A stretch of 64,000 nt of DNA from Pseudovirgaria hyperparasitica (lineage: Eukaryota): assembly GCA_010093815.1 (NCBI GenBank), contig ML996572.1, one strand, 5' to 3'. How positions within the stretch are numbered: position 1 is the stretch's first letter; every line of letters begins with the position of its first letter. A program made the translations under genes and the position numbers. Below, in pieces: positions 13,794-27,628 of the stretch. Below the pieces are notes generated by a model, which searched no databases, was not told the origin of the DNA, and saw only the letters and a list, made by a program, of their open reading frames with translations.

Positions 13794-14340
13794 GATGCCA
13801 AATAAGTGGACAAAAAGATCAACAGTCTATCGTACAGGGGGAAAATATCATATGTGGTTATGCACGACGAAGAGAATGGTCTCCAGAAGCAGAAGGCAGC
13901 TGACAACAATTATAGCAACAAGGAATCAACAAGGGCCTTCCGATATCGCGGGGTCAGATATTAGATTTCGATTTAATGCAGCGGCGCTACCCCGCTAGAC
14001 GTGGTTGATGATTTGTGGCCGTGTTAGATAGTGTGGATCGTGCTATCAGGGTACTGGCAGACCATCCGGCTAGACCCGGGTTAGTGAGTGAATAATACGC
14101 TGCTCCTTAGACGTGCCATAGCAAACACAATTTGAAGAATATAATGACCCAAGTCCCGCGCGCATTGCGAACCGTCGCAACGTCGTCACTTTCGCAGGCT
14201 ATCTTCGTGGTACTCGAAGACCAATCGACATGGCGAATTTAGCTTATCCATCGCCAAATTGATATCGGTTATACCTAAGCCTACATGAGCTATACAGACC
14301 CCAGTGACGACTCGATCGTCACATCGCACTAATCCACATG

Positions 14341-15385
14341 CTACAGATGCCCAGTAGAAGTAGTCGCCCCCTCTGCATCAGCAGCCTCGAAGGAAGCAAG
14401 TTTGAAATCGTAAGGTAGCTCAAACTGAGCCTTTGGATCTCCTTCAAAGGGCAAGAAATCTACAATGAGTGAGTCTTTGACTGCGAACACGGTATCATCC
14501 TTGATATGTTCGTCCCGACGGTCAAAGATCTGTGTTACTATTGGCCTATATCCGGGGGCGCTGACCTGTACAATCACGAATTAGCAACCTCGTATAGGCA
14601 TTGTAAAAGACGAAGTAACATACAATAAAGTGAATATGCGCCGGTCTCATTGGATGCCTGTCCAGCAATTGTAGAAGCTTCCCACCCGGCCCATCATCTG
14701 GGATAGGATAACTTGTCGGGCGTAAGCAATAGAAGTCATATTTTCCATCCGGCCCCGTGGTGAACCGCCCTCGTAGGTTCATGTCCGGTTGGTCTGGATC
14801 TTGCTGTTCATACAAGCCGTTCGGAGCAGTGTGCCAGACGTCCAGCTCCGCGTTCTCAATTGGCTTTCCCGTATTGAAGTCTGTAACTGTGCCATGCATC
14901 CAGGTATGATCTCCATCCTCGATCCCAAACACTATTGTCTCGCCCATCTTGCGCTTAGGGGCATCTTTCCGCCAGAAGGGGCCAAGGATCGCGGTGGCCG
15001 TAGGAGCGTCGTTAGCTTCACCGGCGAGCGTGAATGTGACCTCATCCACGAGAGACTCGAGGCCTATGATATCTGTGAGTAGCTGGGTCTCATTGCGCTT
15101 ATCGTCTGACATTTTGCCAGCCTGGTTGATCTACGCAGGGGTTAGCTGTGCTCTTGCTCGAGATATTCGCGGTCGCGAGGATCATACAAAGTCAATACCA
15201 GCCATCCATTCGTCCATGGTAATCTCATTCTCGCGGACAAAGTCATGCATGTGCTGTATCATACTTGAAATGACTTGCCGCATACGCGGCGATGTTTTTG
15301 GACCAGTGGCATCAATGACACTCTGAGTAAAATTTGGGTCGAACTTGTGCTGCTTAGAAGCACCATTGGTAGAGTTAGTTGCCAT
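14341..15385 (-). CDS. Intradiol ring-cleavage dioxygenase (catechol/hydroxyquinol 1,2-dioxygenase)
   Basis: Three exons. Motifs HMHDFVRE, ILGPF, DVWHTAPNGLYEQQD, PTSYPIP and RPAHIHF supply the Tyr/Tyr/His/His iron ligands. Confidence 0.93.
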
Positions 15386-16112
15386 GACTGAGAAAGCTGA
15401 GTTGTGTGCAATCTGGATGAGGATGATATAGTGATGATCAAGCGGAGGCTCTCAAGGAGAATGGATTGTGACTGCCTGGCTGCTTTGATTTCCTCGACCT
15501 AGACTTTATTTATATTGAGCAAGCTAGGACTCTGTGCACTTTACCCTGCGGCCTGAGCGCTTTCTTTGTGGTCAGGTCATTCCAACGGCATCAGGCGATC
15601 ACGGTAATACGCCCTCTTTAAGCCTGCGGAGAGGGAGTTGCGGGGCAATTCCATCCACGCATCGTCGGATGCTGCACCATGACAGCTCGGTCCGCGGACA
15701 CGGAGATTGAAACAGCATCCGCTGGAGATACAAGCTGTTTGAGCTCCATTCAAATCCAAGGCTATAGGTCGGCTTTATGTTATGAGAAGTAATTAGGTAT
15801 TCAAAAGGTGCAACGCGAGGTGTGTCATTGTGGGTAAATGCTTGTCCTAGAAATCTTGAAATGAACAGCCAGTAAGAGAGCTGTAGTAGTAAGCCGTTAG
15901 AGCAAGGAACATGATGCCCCGCTGCGGGTAAACAGCCCTTTTTTTTGGCTGGGCAGTATTAGACAATAGGTAGCTAAGGTACTATGCTGCAGATGAGCAT
16001 GTTAAGCTTAGCCGCGATCACGTGTCTTGCTGAATCGCGCTTCGACAGCAATTGAACCTCAACACCAAGAATGACGATATAGCGTCCATTGCATCCCAAC
16101 ACATCACTCACA

Positions 16113-16766
16113 ATGGCGTCAGGCTTTGGCATGAACGGAGGTACGTATCACAACTGTTACTCATAGAGCACATCGTCTTCCCTGAAATCCTCAGCATGTC
16201 CTCCTCTCCAACCCGCACCAGCACCGACAAAGCTCTCCACCTCAAGCTGCCGACACGAAGACACGCAGCGCCACGACCTTCAATACCTATTCCTCACTCA
16301 TATAATCGATGTTTAGTATACGGCTAACCTGTTTTCCCTCCAGGCCCTGGCCGCTGCTTTCCCTTCTGGCAAGAAGTCCTCACCTGCTACGTCTCTAATC
16401 AAGAAGAGGATCCCAAGTCGAAGGCGAAATGCATGCTCGCGCTTGACGACTACTACGAATGCCTACATCATAGGAAAGAGGTATGCGCCCACCAGGCATC
16501 TTGGACATCAATATCTATCTCCGTTATTCCTCCAATACTCCAAAACCATATCTTCTTTCTTCCACGGCCGCCATGATCCTCACTAACAAGCCCAGGCTGC
16601 CCGCGTTGACGCCCTCCAAGCCGCTTACCGCAAAGCCGACTCCACCCGTGACAAGTCGAACGATATGACGGCCGAACAAATCCGCAAACTAGGTGTATTA
16701 GAGGGGACTTTAGAAGAGAAGCATCTAAAACCGAATCGGTTCCTGCCGCATCTGAAATATAACTGA
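16113..16766 (+). CDS. NDUFS5: NADH:ubiquinone oxidoreductase accessory subunit NDUFS5 (fungal 11.5 kDa subunit)
   Basis: Not in the ORF track. Three exons splice to MASGFGMNGGPGRCFPFWQEVLTCYV...KCMLALDDYYECLHHRKE|AARV...HLKYN*, with a twin CX9C motif. Confidence 0.9.
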
Positions 16767-17757
16767 ATGCAAATCCGCATGAGAATAGAGCGGCACCGTG
16801 TAAATATAAAACGTAATTGCGACACGGCAATAATTGCGATCGAGCAGAACGTAATGTATATCTCAGTGAAGAGTGCTGCTGGATGTGAACGTCACAGATC
16901 GGCGCGGCCGGGAATATGTAAGGCACGCAAACAGAAAAGCTTAAGCTTGATGACTAGAATACTTCGCCAAAGGGCATTTCCCAATATACTGTACGAACCT
17001 TGTCAATTCAAGCTGAGTAGGCCCTCCACTGCCATATGAACAGACGTGGGGGCTTCCGCGGTACCATGAGCACCGAGAAGAGGAGCGAAGATAAGCCTCC
17101 TCATTACATGTCCCGCCCAGGAAATGAAAGGTAATTACCGTGGATACCTGTGAGTAATGCAAGCAATAATGGGAGCACGATATCAACTGTGGAAGATTGT
17201 GCACATGACAGCGGTGCCCTGAGGAGGCCTTAAATTAAGCCTAATGCGCGGCAAGATGCTATGGGCAAGGTACGGTGAATGTGGCCTCATAGGCGAGGCA
17301 GAAGACGCGGGATATGCGAGTGAGGTAATCTGTATCACAATGTATCAAATGGCCAACATGTTCGATTCTGTCTGTTCATTGCTATTTGAGAAGAAAACGT
17401 TCCTATCTATCCATATGAGCCCATCATAACAGCAGGACTCCGCAAATCCCCACTAGCATCAGTCATGTATGTAACAAAAGAGATTTTGACTACTTCGTGA
17501 AGGCTGCAACGCCATGATGGAACGAGGGCAGGGTTTTAGGGAGCCGACAACCATATGACCTTGTATTGTCGGTATCGGGTATGATGGGGAAGACGAAATG
17601 CACAGAGAAATAGACCAATCAACCATAACCGAAGAAGATGCAAGACAATGCTTTCAAACCGCACTAATGTACCTGAAGAGAAATCCCCGATCATCAGGCG
17701 AAGAAAAGAGTCGCCACATTGAAATCTTCCTTGGATATAGAACAATTGGACGTGCAT

Positions 17758-19565
17758 TTACTTCTTGGAGGCCTTCTGGGCGGCCTTGGTGACCTTGCCA
17801 GCGCCCTTGTCAGACTTCTCAACGGACTTGATGACACCGACGGCGACGGTCTGTCTCATGTCACGGACGGCGAAACGACCAAGAGGTGGGTAGGCGGTGA
17901 AAGCCTCAACACACATTGGCTTTGACGGAATCATCTTGACGATAGCAGCATCGCCAGACTTGACGAACTTAGGAGAGTTCTCGATGGACTTTCCGGTACG
18001 GCGATCGATCTTCTCGAGAAGCTCAGAGAACTTGCAGGCAATGTGAGCAGTGTGGCAGTCCAACACTGGAGCGTAACCAGCACCGATCTGACCAGGGTGG
18101 TTGAGAACGATGACCTGGGCATTGAAAGAGTCGCAACCCTTGGGAGGGTCGTTCTTGGAGTCACCGGCGACGTTTCCACGGCGAATTTCCTTGACGGAGA
18201 CGTTCTTGACGTTGAAGCCAACGTTGTCACCGGGGGTACCCTCAACAAGCTGCTCGTGGTGCATCTCAACGGACTTGACTTCGGTGGTGACACCGGCAGG
18301 GGCGAACGTCACGACCATACCAGCCTTGATGACACCAGTCTCAACACGGCCGACGGGAACCGTGCCAATACCACCAATCTTGTATACATCCTGGAGGGGC
18401 AGACGGAGAGGCTTGTCGGAAGGACGGACAGGGGGGTCGATGGCGTCGATGGCGTCGAGAAGGGTCTTTCCGGTGACCTTGGACTTGGTCTCCTTCTCCC
18501 AGCCCTTGTACCAGGGGCAGTTGGGGGAGGCGTCAATCATGTTGTCACCGTTGAAACCGGAGATGGGCACGAATGGAACGTGCTTGGGGTTGTATCCAAC
18601 CTTCTTAATGAAGTTGGACGTCTCCTTGATGATTTCCTGGTAACGAGACTCGGACCACTTGGTGGTGTCCATCTTGTTGATGGCGACAATGAGCTGTCGC
18701 ACACCGAGGGTGAAAGCGAGAAGGGCGTGCTCACGAGTCTGGCCATCCTTGGAGATACCAGCCTCGAACTCACCAGTACCAGCGGCAATGATGAGAATAG
18801 CGCAGTCGGCTTGGGAGGTACCAGTAATCATGTTCTTGATGAAGTCACGGTGACCAGGGGCGTCTATAAAAGAGTTTAGTATAAGAATGTACAAGTATCC
18901 AAAGATAACGTACCAATGACAGTGACATTGTACTTCGGGGTCTCGAACTTCCACAGAGCGATATCGATGGTGATACCACGCTCACGCTCGGCCTTGAGCT
19001 TGTCGAGCACCCATGCGTACTTGAAGGAACCCTTTCCGAGCTGGGCAGCTTCCTGAAGGAAGTATTAGCATGGGAACCGTGGAAACAAAACAGTAATCGG
19101 AATGGACAAGTGCTGAGCTTGATGGCGCTGGGAGGTTTTGTCATGCGTCGGGTGGCCGTTTCTGGCTTAGCGCAGAAAATTTATTGCCCCACTAACGCAT
19201 GAAAATACCCCTCCAAACAAATATTCACCGTGTGAAAATTTGTTGCGCCCTATACATCAAGATTTGTTGTTGACAGTGTGGAGACATACCTTCTCGAACT
19301 TCTCGATGGTACGTTGGTCGATACCACCGCACTTGTAGATCAAGTCTGTTGTGACATGTGAGATTCGTTTGTTTGCAGGAGGGGTAAGTTGGCTTACGTC
19401 CAGTGGTGGTTGACTTGCCGGAGTCGACGTGGCCGATAACGACGACGTTAACGTGAGACTTCTCTTTACTAAATGAGATATTAGCACGGGACGAATGATT
19501 ATTATCGCTGTAGATGTGGTGGTATGTCGTTCCAGCGAGTGATGTTGAGCAATGACTTACCCCAT
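17758..19565 (-). CDS. TEF1: Translation elongation factor 1-alpha
   Basis: 5 coding exons (exon 1 = ATGGG at 19561-19565): [50 protein letters not shown], ending [12 protein letters not shown]. Strong codon bias. Confidence 0.99.
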
Positions 19566-22500
19566 GATGAAGTTGTGGTTGTGAGTTTGTTGGAAATTTT
19601 ATGGAAGTGAGGGAAGTAGTTGAAATTTCTGGACTGTTGTTAGACAAGTAGACTAGAGAGAGTCGAAAGGGACGTACGCAGAAACACAAGCTTGATGTTG
19701 TGAGGTATGCAAGACGAAGAAAAAAAAGAGAGGGTGTGGGAGGGGCAGAGACGGTTTTATGTGTGAGAGAACGGAGGGGCATTGTGGCCAGTGCGGCGGC
19801 TTAGCGGGCCAATCACAACATAACAGGCCGGATTCGAAAAAATTTCATGGTTACATCACAATGCAGGTTAATAACCGTAATTTCCCGCCCAATGGTGGTG
19901 TGTCCATGGTACGCCCACCAGCGCGATTTCACCATCGCACTCTCACCACGGAACCTGTGGTTTCAGACATAGGCCTCTTATCATCAGTAAGGTTGACTGG
20001 GTAACGGTAACAGAGAGCTGATGCTTCTATGGCTGGCTATGTTCCACCTTCGACATCGGCCCTCCCTTCTCATGCAGAGGTATTGCTGACTTTTGACGTC
20101 GATGGGCTGCTTCTAGGCTCCACTCAGGTACACTCGCGCGGTCGACAGAAGTTTGTTTCTCTTTCATAGCGCCTATTTTATCCTCTGCTAAGACGGGACT
20201 ACCTCGCATCATTAATCGCTACGAGTAACGCCATATCTTTGGCCTACAACGTCTAGGTACCTCAAACCTCCCTTTCCTTTCCTTGTCCTTCAAGGCGAGA
20301 AGGCCCTTTATCAAGTGTTGGATTCACATAGGAGGATGGCAGCCCAACATACTAAGAAGCGGCATACATGCAGACGTTATGCTTAACACTACCTATATAC
20401 GACATCGCCTGTACCCCCTAGTGAAAGAATCAGTAGAAAAAGGGCTCAACTCCACAAAAGTGAACAATTATGGTTATATGTAAAGATGGACCAAATACGC
20501 AGGTATGTCGATCTGTAGATTTTCAAGGAGAGCAATCACTGCACATTCCTGGAAAACGATATCGGCTTCACTCTCTCGGACGATGCAAAGAAGAGGATGT
20601 TATGACTTTAATATGCGGCTTCCAGATGTTTGCCCTGGGGTACAGAAGAAGAGTAGCCTGCATGAACATCGAAGATTCCGGCGTATGCTCACAAAATGTC
20701 GATCGGGAGGGCCCGCAAGCTAAGGTAAAGGAGCAGGTTAAAGACGGAAAAGGGAAACACTGGCCGTGATCGAATGATAATTTACCAATGATAATGCATT
20801 GACGGCTACCTAACGAAGCAATATAGCCTCGTTTCTAGGACGAGGGAGAGACCAGATGAAGATTACGACATCTATCTTGTCCCTCGTCACCACTGGGTAG
20901 GTACTCGAAAAATGCGTGGTCTCGAACGAAAAAAAAGCTGCAAACAGCTCTCTTACCCAATTCTGTACGCATACCGCAGTCAGGCCGGCCGTATTGGAAT
21001 GGATGACAATAGATCGGAAAGAGCAAAGAGAGTACTAGATCGGATGGCTATAGGAACAGTCAGATAACGAGACGCAGTTGTTAAAGCTATAAAGAGATAA
21101 CATAGCGAGCAAATTGTGTGATAAGAGCAGATCTGACTCCGTTCAACCGCTTCACCACCTCTTCTTTGGGTGTCATAAGCTGCAAGTATCTGCAAATCCT
21201 GCTTGAAGGGCCATTAGCTGAAGGCAGTCAATGTAGGTATAATAATGCAAGATCTGAGTAGGGGATCCAAGGATGTCCACGTTGTGCTTGGCGAGAACTT
21301 GAAGTCTTCAAGCATCCCTAACCGAACAAAATTTCAAGCTACAGCGTTAGAAGCGGTCTCAAATGCACTGCTATAAAGAGCAACGTGATCGTAAGCAGAA
21401 TCGTTTGGAAAGGAGGCGCGTCGACGTCTGTAAGTTCAGATGTCTTTCGAAAAGGATTACAGATAACATCATACTCATAATTCAGGGGTCAATTGACGGA
21501 TCCTGTCTCACCCAGGGCCCTCTGGTCTATACATGCATTTCAGCTCTATCACAAAAATATCTTGTGTCCTTGTAGGGTTTGAAAGCATCATGGATTTCAC
21601 ATCCTCATGACAGAGCGTCTTGATGTCCTCCGAAACCAAATGCGTTTCATTTCAATCCCAAGGGATGATAGGCAATAAGAATGCCGGTATATACCAGACG
21701 TATTTCAACCAACATGACCGATACCATATGCAAGCAGCCGTTCTTCATGTTTGTTATACTTAGTCTTCTCCAGAACAGGATCTCATATGAACCTAAACTT
21801 GGACCCTTGTGCGCTCCCAGACCCTAACCCAGAGAAAGTCAGCGCACTGAATGCTGAACTTGGAACCGTTCAATTTTGCAAGTCTTATTTCAGTACATTC
21901 ACTGCGTGACAGTGCTATAGACAGGCCTCAAGTAGCATATTTCAAGCTTGGCATGCTTGATCCAACGGATATAAATGCATTCGGTAAATATTGTCTGCAC
22001 ATACGTTCGAAGGGACAGTCGGCTGGACTCGAAGAGTACTCAACTGAACAGTTGCTTCATTCTATAGTAGAAGCAGTCAGTTATGTTTGCGGTTTCTTGG
22101 TGCTGTTCGAGCGGCTTGAAAATAGAAAGGTGTGGCGCACCGAAACGATGAGATGTGGTTGAAGAGGGATGATTTATGAAGAATAGTGATGAGAGAGACG
22201 TCATTATAATTACGTTCACCTGCTCAGTCCAGTGCGCCTTGTATACCATTTAGACGATAGTGATCAAGCCAGGGCTGATTTAGGCTGCCGGATCAAGGCT
22301 GCGAGAATGCAGCTCCTCATGTGCAGTGATATAGCCTTTGGTATCATGTAGCCTGCACTGATCAAGCAACGTGTTTCGGTTTAAATACTAGCACAACCCA
22401 TGGGCCCGTCTTATGCTTGACAGTCAAAGCCGTACGCTATACCATTCAGATGCTTAACTTACCGCATCATCCTGGTATGGAGAAAGAGGCACAAGCAGTT

Positions 22501-22747
22501 ATTACTCGGTATATATTAGCAGCTTTGCTTTTGGGTACGTGTATTGAATATGGTAGTCACTCGCTAAACATAATTACTAACTCGTAAGTCTTCCCACCTA
22601 GGCAATTTTATCTATCCATTAAGAGTGAGCAGGCAGCTGCCAAGACATCACCATTCGCAAGCCCCGCGGTCCCTCGGTCTTCATCTCTGGACGAGCAGCT
22701 TGAAATTTACTTTCACAAGCAAAATTCACAAGTCACAGGGAAGAAAG

Positions 22748-23511
22748 ATGCCACCAATTACCCCAAACATGTTGAACTCAAAAAAGGAAGAGCACTGTGT
22801 TGGGATCACGACTGAGCGGAAGTACTACAAAATAGGCGATACTTGGGTAAAGCGGTGCCTTCGCCCCTCCGAGTGGCAGATCAACCCTTATAATGGAAAC
22901 TATGTGGTACCTAGGTTGTGGAAGGAACGTATCAGCAACGAGGCTGCTAGTATGAAATCTACGATCCCTGTCCCCAAACTCCATTGTTGTTTTGAGGATG
23001 ATGAGGCGGTATACCTGGTTAGGGAACATGTCGAGGGCGTTGGTATGAACGAATTGGAACCTGAACAACGAAAGCAAGTTGAAAAAGAGGTAGAGGGATA
23101 TCTGAAAGAGATGAGATCCCTTACCTCCAATAAATGGGGCGGACCTACCGACATCGTGAGTATAATAAGTTCGAGTTTTCGATGTTGGCGTGTCGTGGGA
23201 CAAGTACTTAATCCGTATAGGTCGTCCCGCCGTATCGCCTTATGGTCAAGCCGGGTTTTTTGGAATGGGTGATGAAACCTCGGGAGAAGGAGGATCTCGT
23301 GTTCTGCCATAACGATCTATCAACAAATAACATCATCGTTGATCCTGAGACGTTGAAAGTCAAGGCTGTGATCGACTGGGAGTATGCTGGTTTCTTTCCG
23401 CCCGAGTTCGAAGGTATGTTTTTCAGAAGGGTAGGGCCATCAGTAGCATTGGACGGCGAGCATGATGACGAGGACGAGCTCTATGCAGTTCTAAGGCAGA
23501 ATAGGGCTTGA
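22748..23511 (+). CDS. Aminoglycoside phosphotransferase/choline kinase-like (APH family) protein
   Basis: NEAASM..IPVPK, catalytic HNDLSTNNI and IDWEYAG motifs. One GTGAGT..TAG intron at about 23156-23220. Confidence 0.85.
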
Positions 23512-24209
23512 ATTGATTGTATGGAGACACCCCCTTGACCTATAGCTGGAAGAACAATTTGACAGAACCAAGGTTTAGCATTTTACTATCCGCCAGGGCT
23601 TTCACTAATCATCCAGTTCTGACTCTCAAAATGTCAACAACATACCCAGATACGATCGTCACATTTCTCATCTCCAAAGCAACGCGTGACTATGGATCTC
23701 ACAACTGTCAAGCGTACACTCTCATGCCTTTGCAGTCTGAGTTACACTGTGCCACCATGTATTCATTGAAATAGCTCACCGCATTTGAAGCGACTAAATG
23801 GTTAGCGGGTTCTCGGTGTGTTTCGTTCATGGAACCTCACAATGGCAAATACCTTGCTTCTGGTTACGACTGGCGCCACGAATCTCCAGCATGGAAGGGG
23901 AAAATCCCCCAGGCTTGTTTCCAGACGCAATGTACGTACCAGCAACACCTCTAAGTGGTCGCAATTTAGTGCCCAATGAGTCACACACATCATGTGAAGT
24001 ACAGTGTATGCAGGTTTTTCACTCCAAGGTCCGGTCGTCTGATGGTAAAACTTTACTTGCTAGGACCAGTGACATATTTATGTAGCTAATTATACATATT
24101 TACATTATAGTACAATGAGCCTATGCTTTACTTAGGCATTGCGAGTATGATAACTCTCTTCTGCCTTGGCCATCGACGCTTCGCTTTGATCCTCGAAATT
24201 ATATACTGT

Positions 24210-27200
24210 CTACCCATGTGCAGTTTTGACTTTTAGGTCGCCTGCTTCGCCGTCGATTGTTTCGGTGGCTTCTCTACTCCGTTCCGGCTCTGTTATCTCT
24301 GTCTCTTCACGTAAGTTCGGAAAGACCTCCACAGATTCGAGTGGCTTTTCCCGTTCCTCGATTATTTGCGACTCGTCCTCACCAGGCTCAAGCGGGTCTT
24401 CATCAGCTGCATTCCTCAAATTCGTCTTCTGCAAGCTCGCCTCGTCGTTGAGCTGCATAGGTTCCTCCTCATCTAGATCAGAGATATTTCCCTCGTCGAA
24501 ACGCTCATCTATAATTCCATTGGATTTGTCGTCATCTGGTATGAATGGCAGGTCTGAATTGGGCTGTTCTCCATTGTGCTCTGCGACCCCTTGCCTGGGG
24601 GCAGCCCATGCTGAGCTTGAAGGCGACGATGTCACGGGGGAATTTGTGAGCACACTGTCCTTTCTGTCTGGGATGTCTCTGGTAGTCTCGTCAATCAGAT
24701 CTGCGAGGTTGAAAACCGAGTCGATGAAGTCCTCTGTAGCATCGACTGTCTGACCGGCCATTGGATCGGGCTGCATGTCTCGCACGCCATCATTGACTAC
24801 GGCAGCATCTCTGTTCGGGCCTTCGATGTCAGGCTCCGATATAGGACCAAGTGAGAGGCTCAGCCGCCCATGATTACCGCCCGTTGCGCCACCAATACTT
24901 GTCGTGAATGACAATGGATGGATCGAGATATCAAAAGACATACGCTGTCGATATTCGAAGCCGACGGGTACGTACATGATTGGAATTGTGGTGCCAACGC
25001 TCATATTCTGAAGATAGTCGTTGACATGTAAGTGGGCCGAACTAGCAAACCACTCGGGAACGCGTAGTTTTATGCTGGGTGGAGCGCTAAGCAAGGCCCC
25101 AGATACGAGAGACGAATTTACAACTTCAACAAAATTTTGCACGTCCCGATTTTCCATGATCCTTGCGTTGGACTTACAGAATTCGCGTCGTGTGACTCGT
25201 ACATCTATAGCGTGGCCAGGAAGCAAGTAGTCTGCCATATCTTGCCCGATGAAAGCTCGAATCTCTTTGAATCGGGGATCGCTTTTATCGCTAACATCCC
25301 AAAGCATTTCAATTCGCGGATACTGCTTACCACGAGGATTATTGACTGTGATATGGTGCTTCTTGTCCGCTGGGTTTGGGATGAGCTGCAACACAAGACG
25401 ATTGTCTGAAAGGAGTGCCGGCGGATTCCTTGAAGTGAGGTTTGCTAGAACTCTGGATATCGTCGGAGTCGTATATGAGAAAGTCCTGTGGGAAATTCGG
25501 CGCTCTTCGAGCTCACGCATTAGCGATTCATGGGTCACGCGATCGGTAATTGGGTGGAGGACGTGTCCAAAATCTGCGAATGCCTCCTGGAAAACGTTTG
25601 GATCCCAAGTCTTACCCCTAGGATTTCCATTCTCCTGTCTGTTGCGAAGCAGTGGTATTCGAGCCGTCCGAATCATGTTGACGAGAGCCTCGCGGCTGCT
25701 AGTATTCTTCTGTATGGGATTAAGAGGCTCCAAACTCGGGTTTGTATGCGATTTTCGGGTCACCGGTAGTACCCACCGTCCCTGTGGATGAGACCGGTCT
25801 TTATAGGAAAGCGCATGCTGAGGGGATGAGACATGTATGATAGCCCTGTGTACTGTCGGAACGTGGCCAAGTAAAATGCTATGCCCCTGATGTGGATGGC
25901 CGATTATGGACCAGAGCATCCTCTTAGCATGTTCGATGTTATCCTCTTGGAAAGCGTGTATTTGTAGCTGAAAACATCAGCACTAAAAACTAGAGAGTGG
26001 CAAAGAATCATTACCGTTTCAGAGGACTCGAATCTTATTTGAGTCTTAGTCAAGTTTGCTACGTATTTAATATCATCGTCATTGATGAGTTTAAAGCCGC
26101 TTGCTTTGGGGATTGCCTTCGGCGATTTTCCGAGCGTTTTTGCTCCCGCTGAAAACACATGCAGGGGCATAGTCCCAGTCTTAATTTCACCAAGTAGGTG
26201 CACAATATCTTCAGCTGTGTAGATAGCACTCGTCTTGTCCGCAGTCACTCGAATCTTCCGGTCCCCGGTGGCGACGTCAACGTTCGAATGTCTCAAGGAT
26301 GCAATGGATTCGAGTTTCTCGACACCGACTACATTGGAGGTTAGCTGCTCGTAGGAACATCAGATAAGATCAGAGGCACTTGCTCTCTGTTTGAAGCATC
26401 TTCAAATACCATGTGTTGGTTATGTAGATCTCCAGTTCACCAACGGACTCAATCTCTTCCAAAATTTGCACTTTCCAACAATCCTTCAGGAGACGCCTAA
26501 GTAGCCTCTCCTTTGTTGTTTCCCTAGACCGATTCAACGCGTCCGTAGCACGACTCTCGGCTGGAAATTCATGAACTGACGCCTCATCGAACATGGAGTT
26601 TGTGATTTTCGTGACAGTGTCGAGTTTATTCCGTTTTGGCATCCTTGCCTTTCTTACAATACGGGCCTGTAATTCGGGGTCCAACCGTACATCCAGAGGC
26701 GACGTGCCGGGTCGCCATTTGGTCCAAGGAACTGTAGCTTTATCGTCTGATGCACTCGGCTCCTGTTCCATCGTATGCGATTGTACATAACGCGATATTT
26801 GCCCCACGGTGAAGCCATCTCGGACCGTCTGAAGCAATGTCTCGTACAAGTCTTGAGTCAAATATGCCGCATCCTCATCAGGATTATGACGAGGTTTCAG
26901 ACTATCAAGAACATGGTCCACATCTGTCTGTCGCACATGTTTCTTGTTATCTCTGATTGCCTGGAGTGTGGCCTCGAAAACCTCACGATTGCGTTCTATC
27001 GACTTAGGATTGACGACTACATCCTTGTCGTTTTCAGTTGCTCGCAAAGAAGCCTGATCTTTGAGGACTAAGATTTCCGCAGGTGATCCCAGGCGTTGTG
27101 TTGCTAATGCCGACGAGGTTTCCCTAAATCTTCCTCTATGCACTTTAAGAACGGATCTTGAACTACGACCCAGGTGTGTTCTGTCAATCCTCGAAGAGCT

Positions 27201-27419
27201 TGTATGTCGATGAGATGTGGGCTGATTTATCTCTGAGCCTGGCGCGGCCGGGAGTGATGTCGGAGGGAATGGGTCATCGCGGAGGTGTATAGAGGTGGAG
27301 AAGTATCTGCGGTGGCGCCATCCTTGGGAATATGGTAAATATTGCAGCGAGGATGACTGAAGGATACGGAATTGGCATCGAACGCATATCGATGCGCTCA
27401 GCGTATTCCCAACCACCAT
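24210..27419 (-). CDS. SLS1: Mitochondrial inner-membrane regulator SLS1/RMP1-like
   Basis: Arg/Ser-rich presequence with ICVRCQ. Three exons in frame: GC-AG intron 26329-26383 and a GT-AG intron near 25967-26014. LKDCWKVQILEEIESVGELEI motif, about 1030 aa, acidic tail. Confidence 0.72.
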
Positions 27420-27628
27420 CAAGCTGAGGTTGGTTGTTGTCGGTCCATATGCGATCGTACGCATTCTCAGTTCGAAAAGTTCTGGCCAGAGCATACACAC
27501 CGCCTAGGCTGCGCGGCAGAATTCCTTAGCTGCCCTCTGATCTCAGAGCGAACTTGCGGTCTGACAACAACGACACTTCACAACGCATTGTCCTATCTCA
27601 CTCAGATCCTTACATTGTAGCAGGACCC

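Noticed and set aside
16141..16343. Long first intron of NDUFS5 as a possible snoRNA host
   Set aside because: No box C motif and no convincing H/ACA layout seen.
18043..18879. Long antisense ORFs over TEF1
   Set aside because: Expected by-product of strong codon bias in a highly expressed gene.
20283..22249. Series of short plus-strand ORFs upstream of TEF1, possibly a decayed gene
   Set aside because: No motif and no coherent exon chain.
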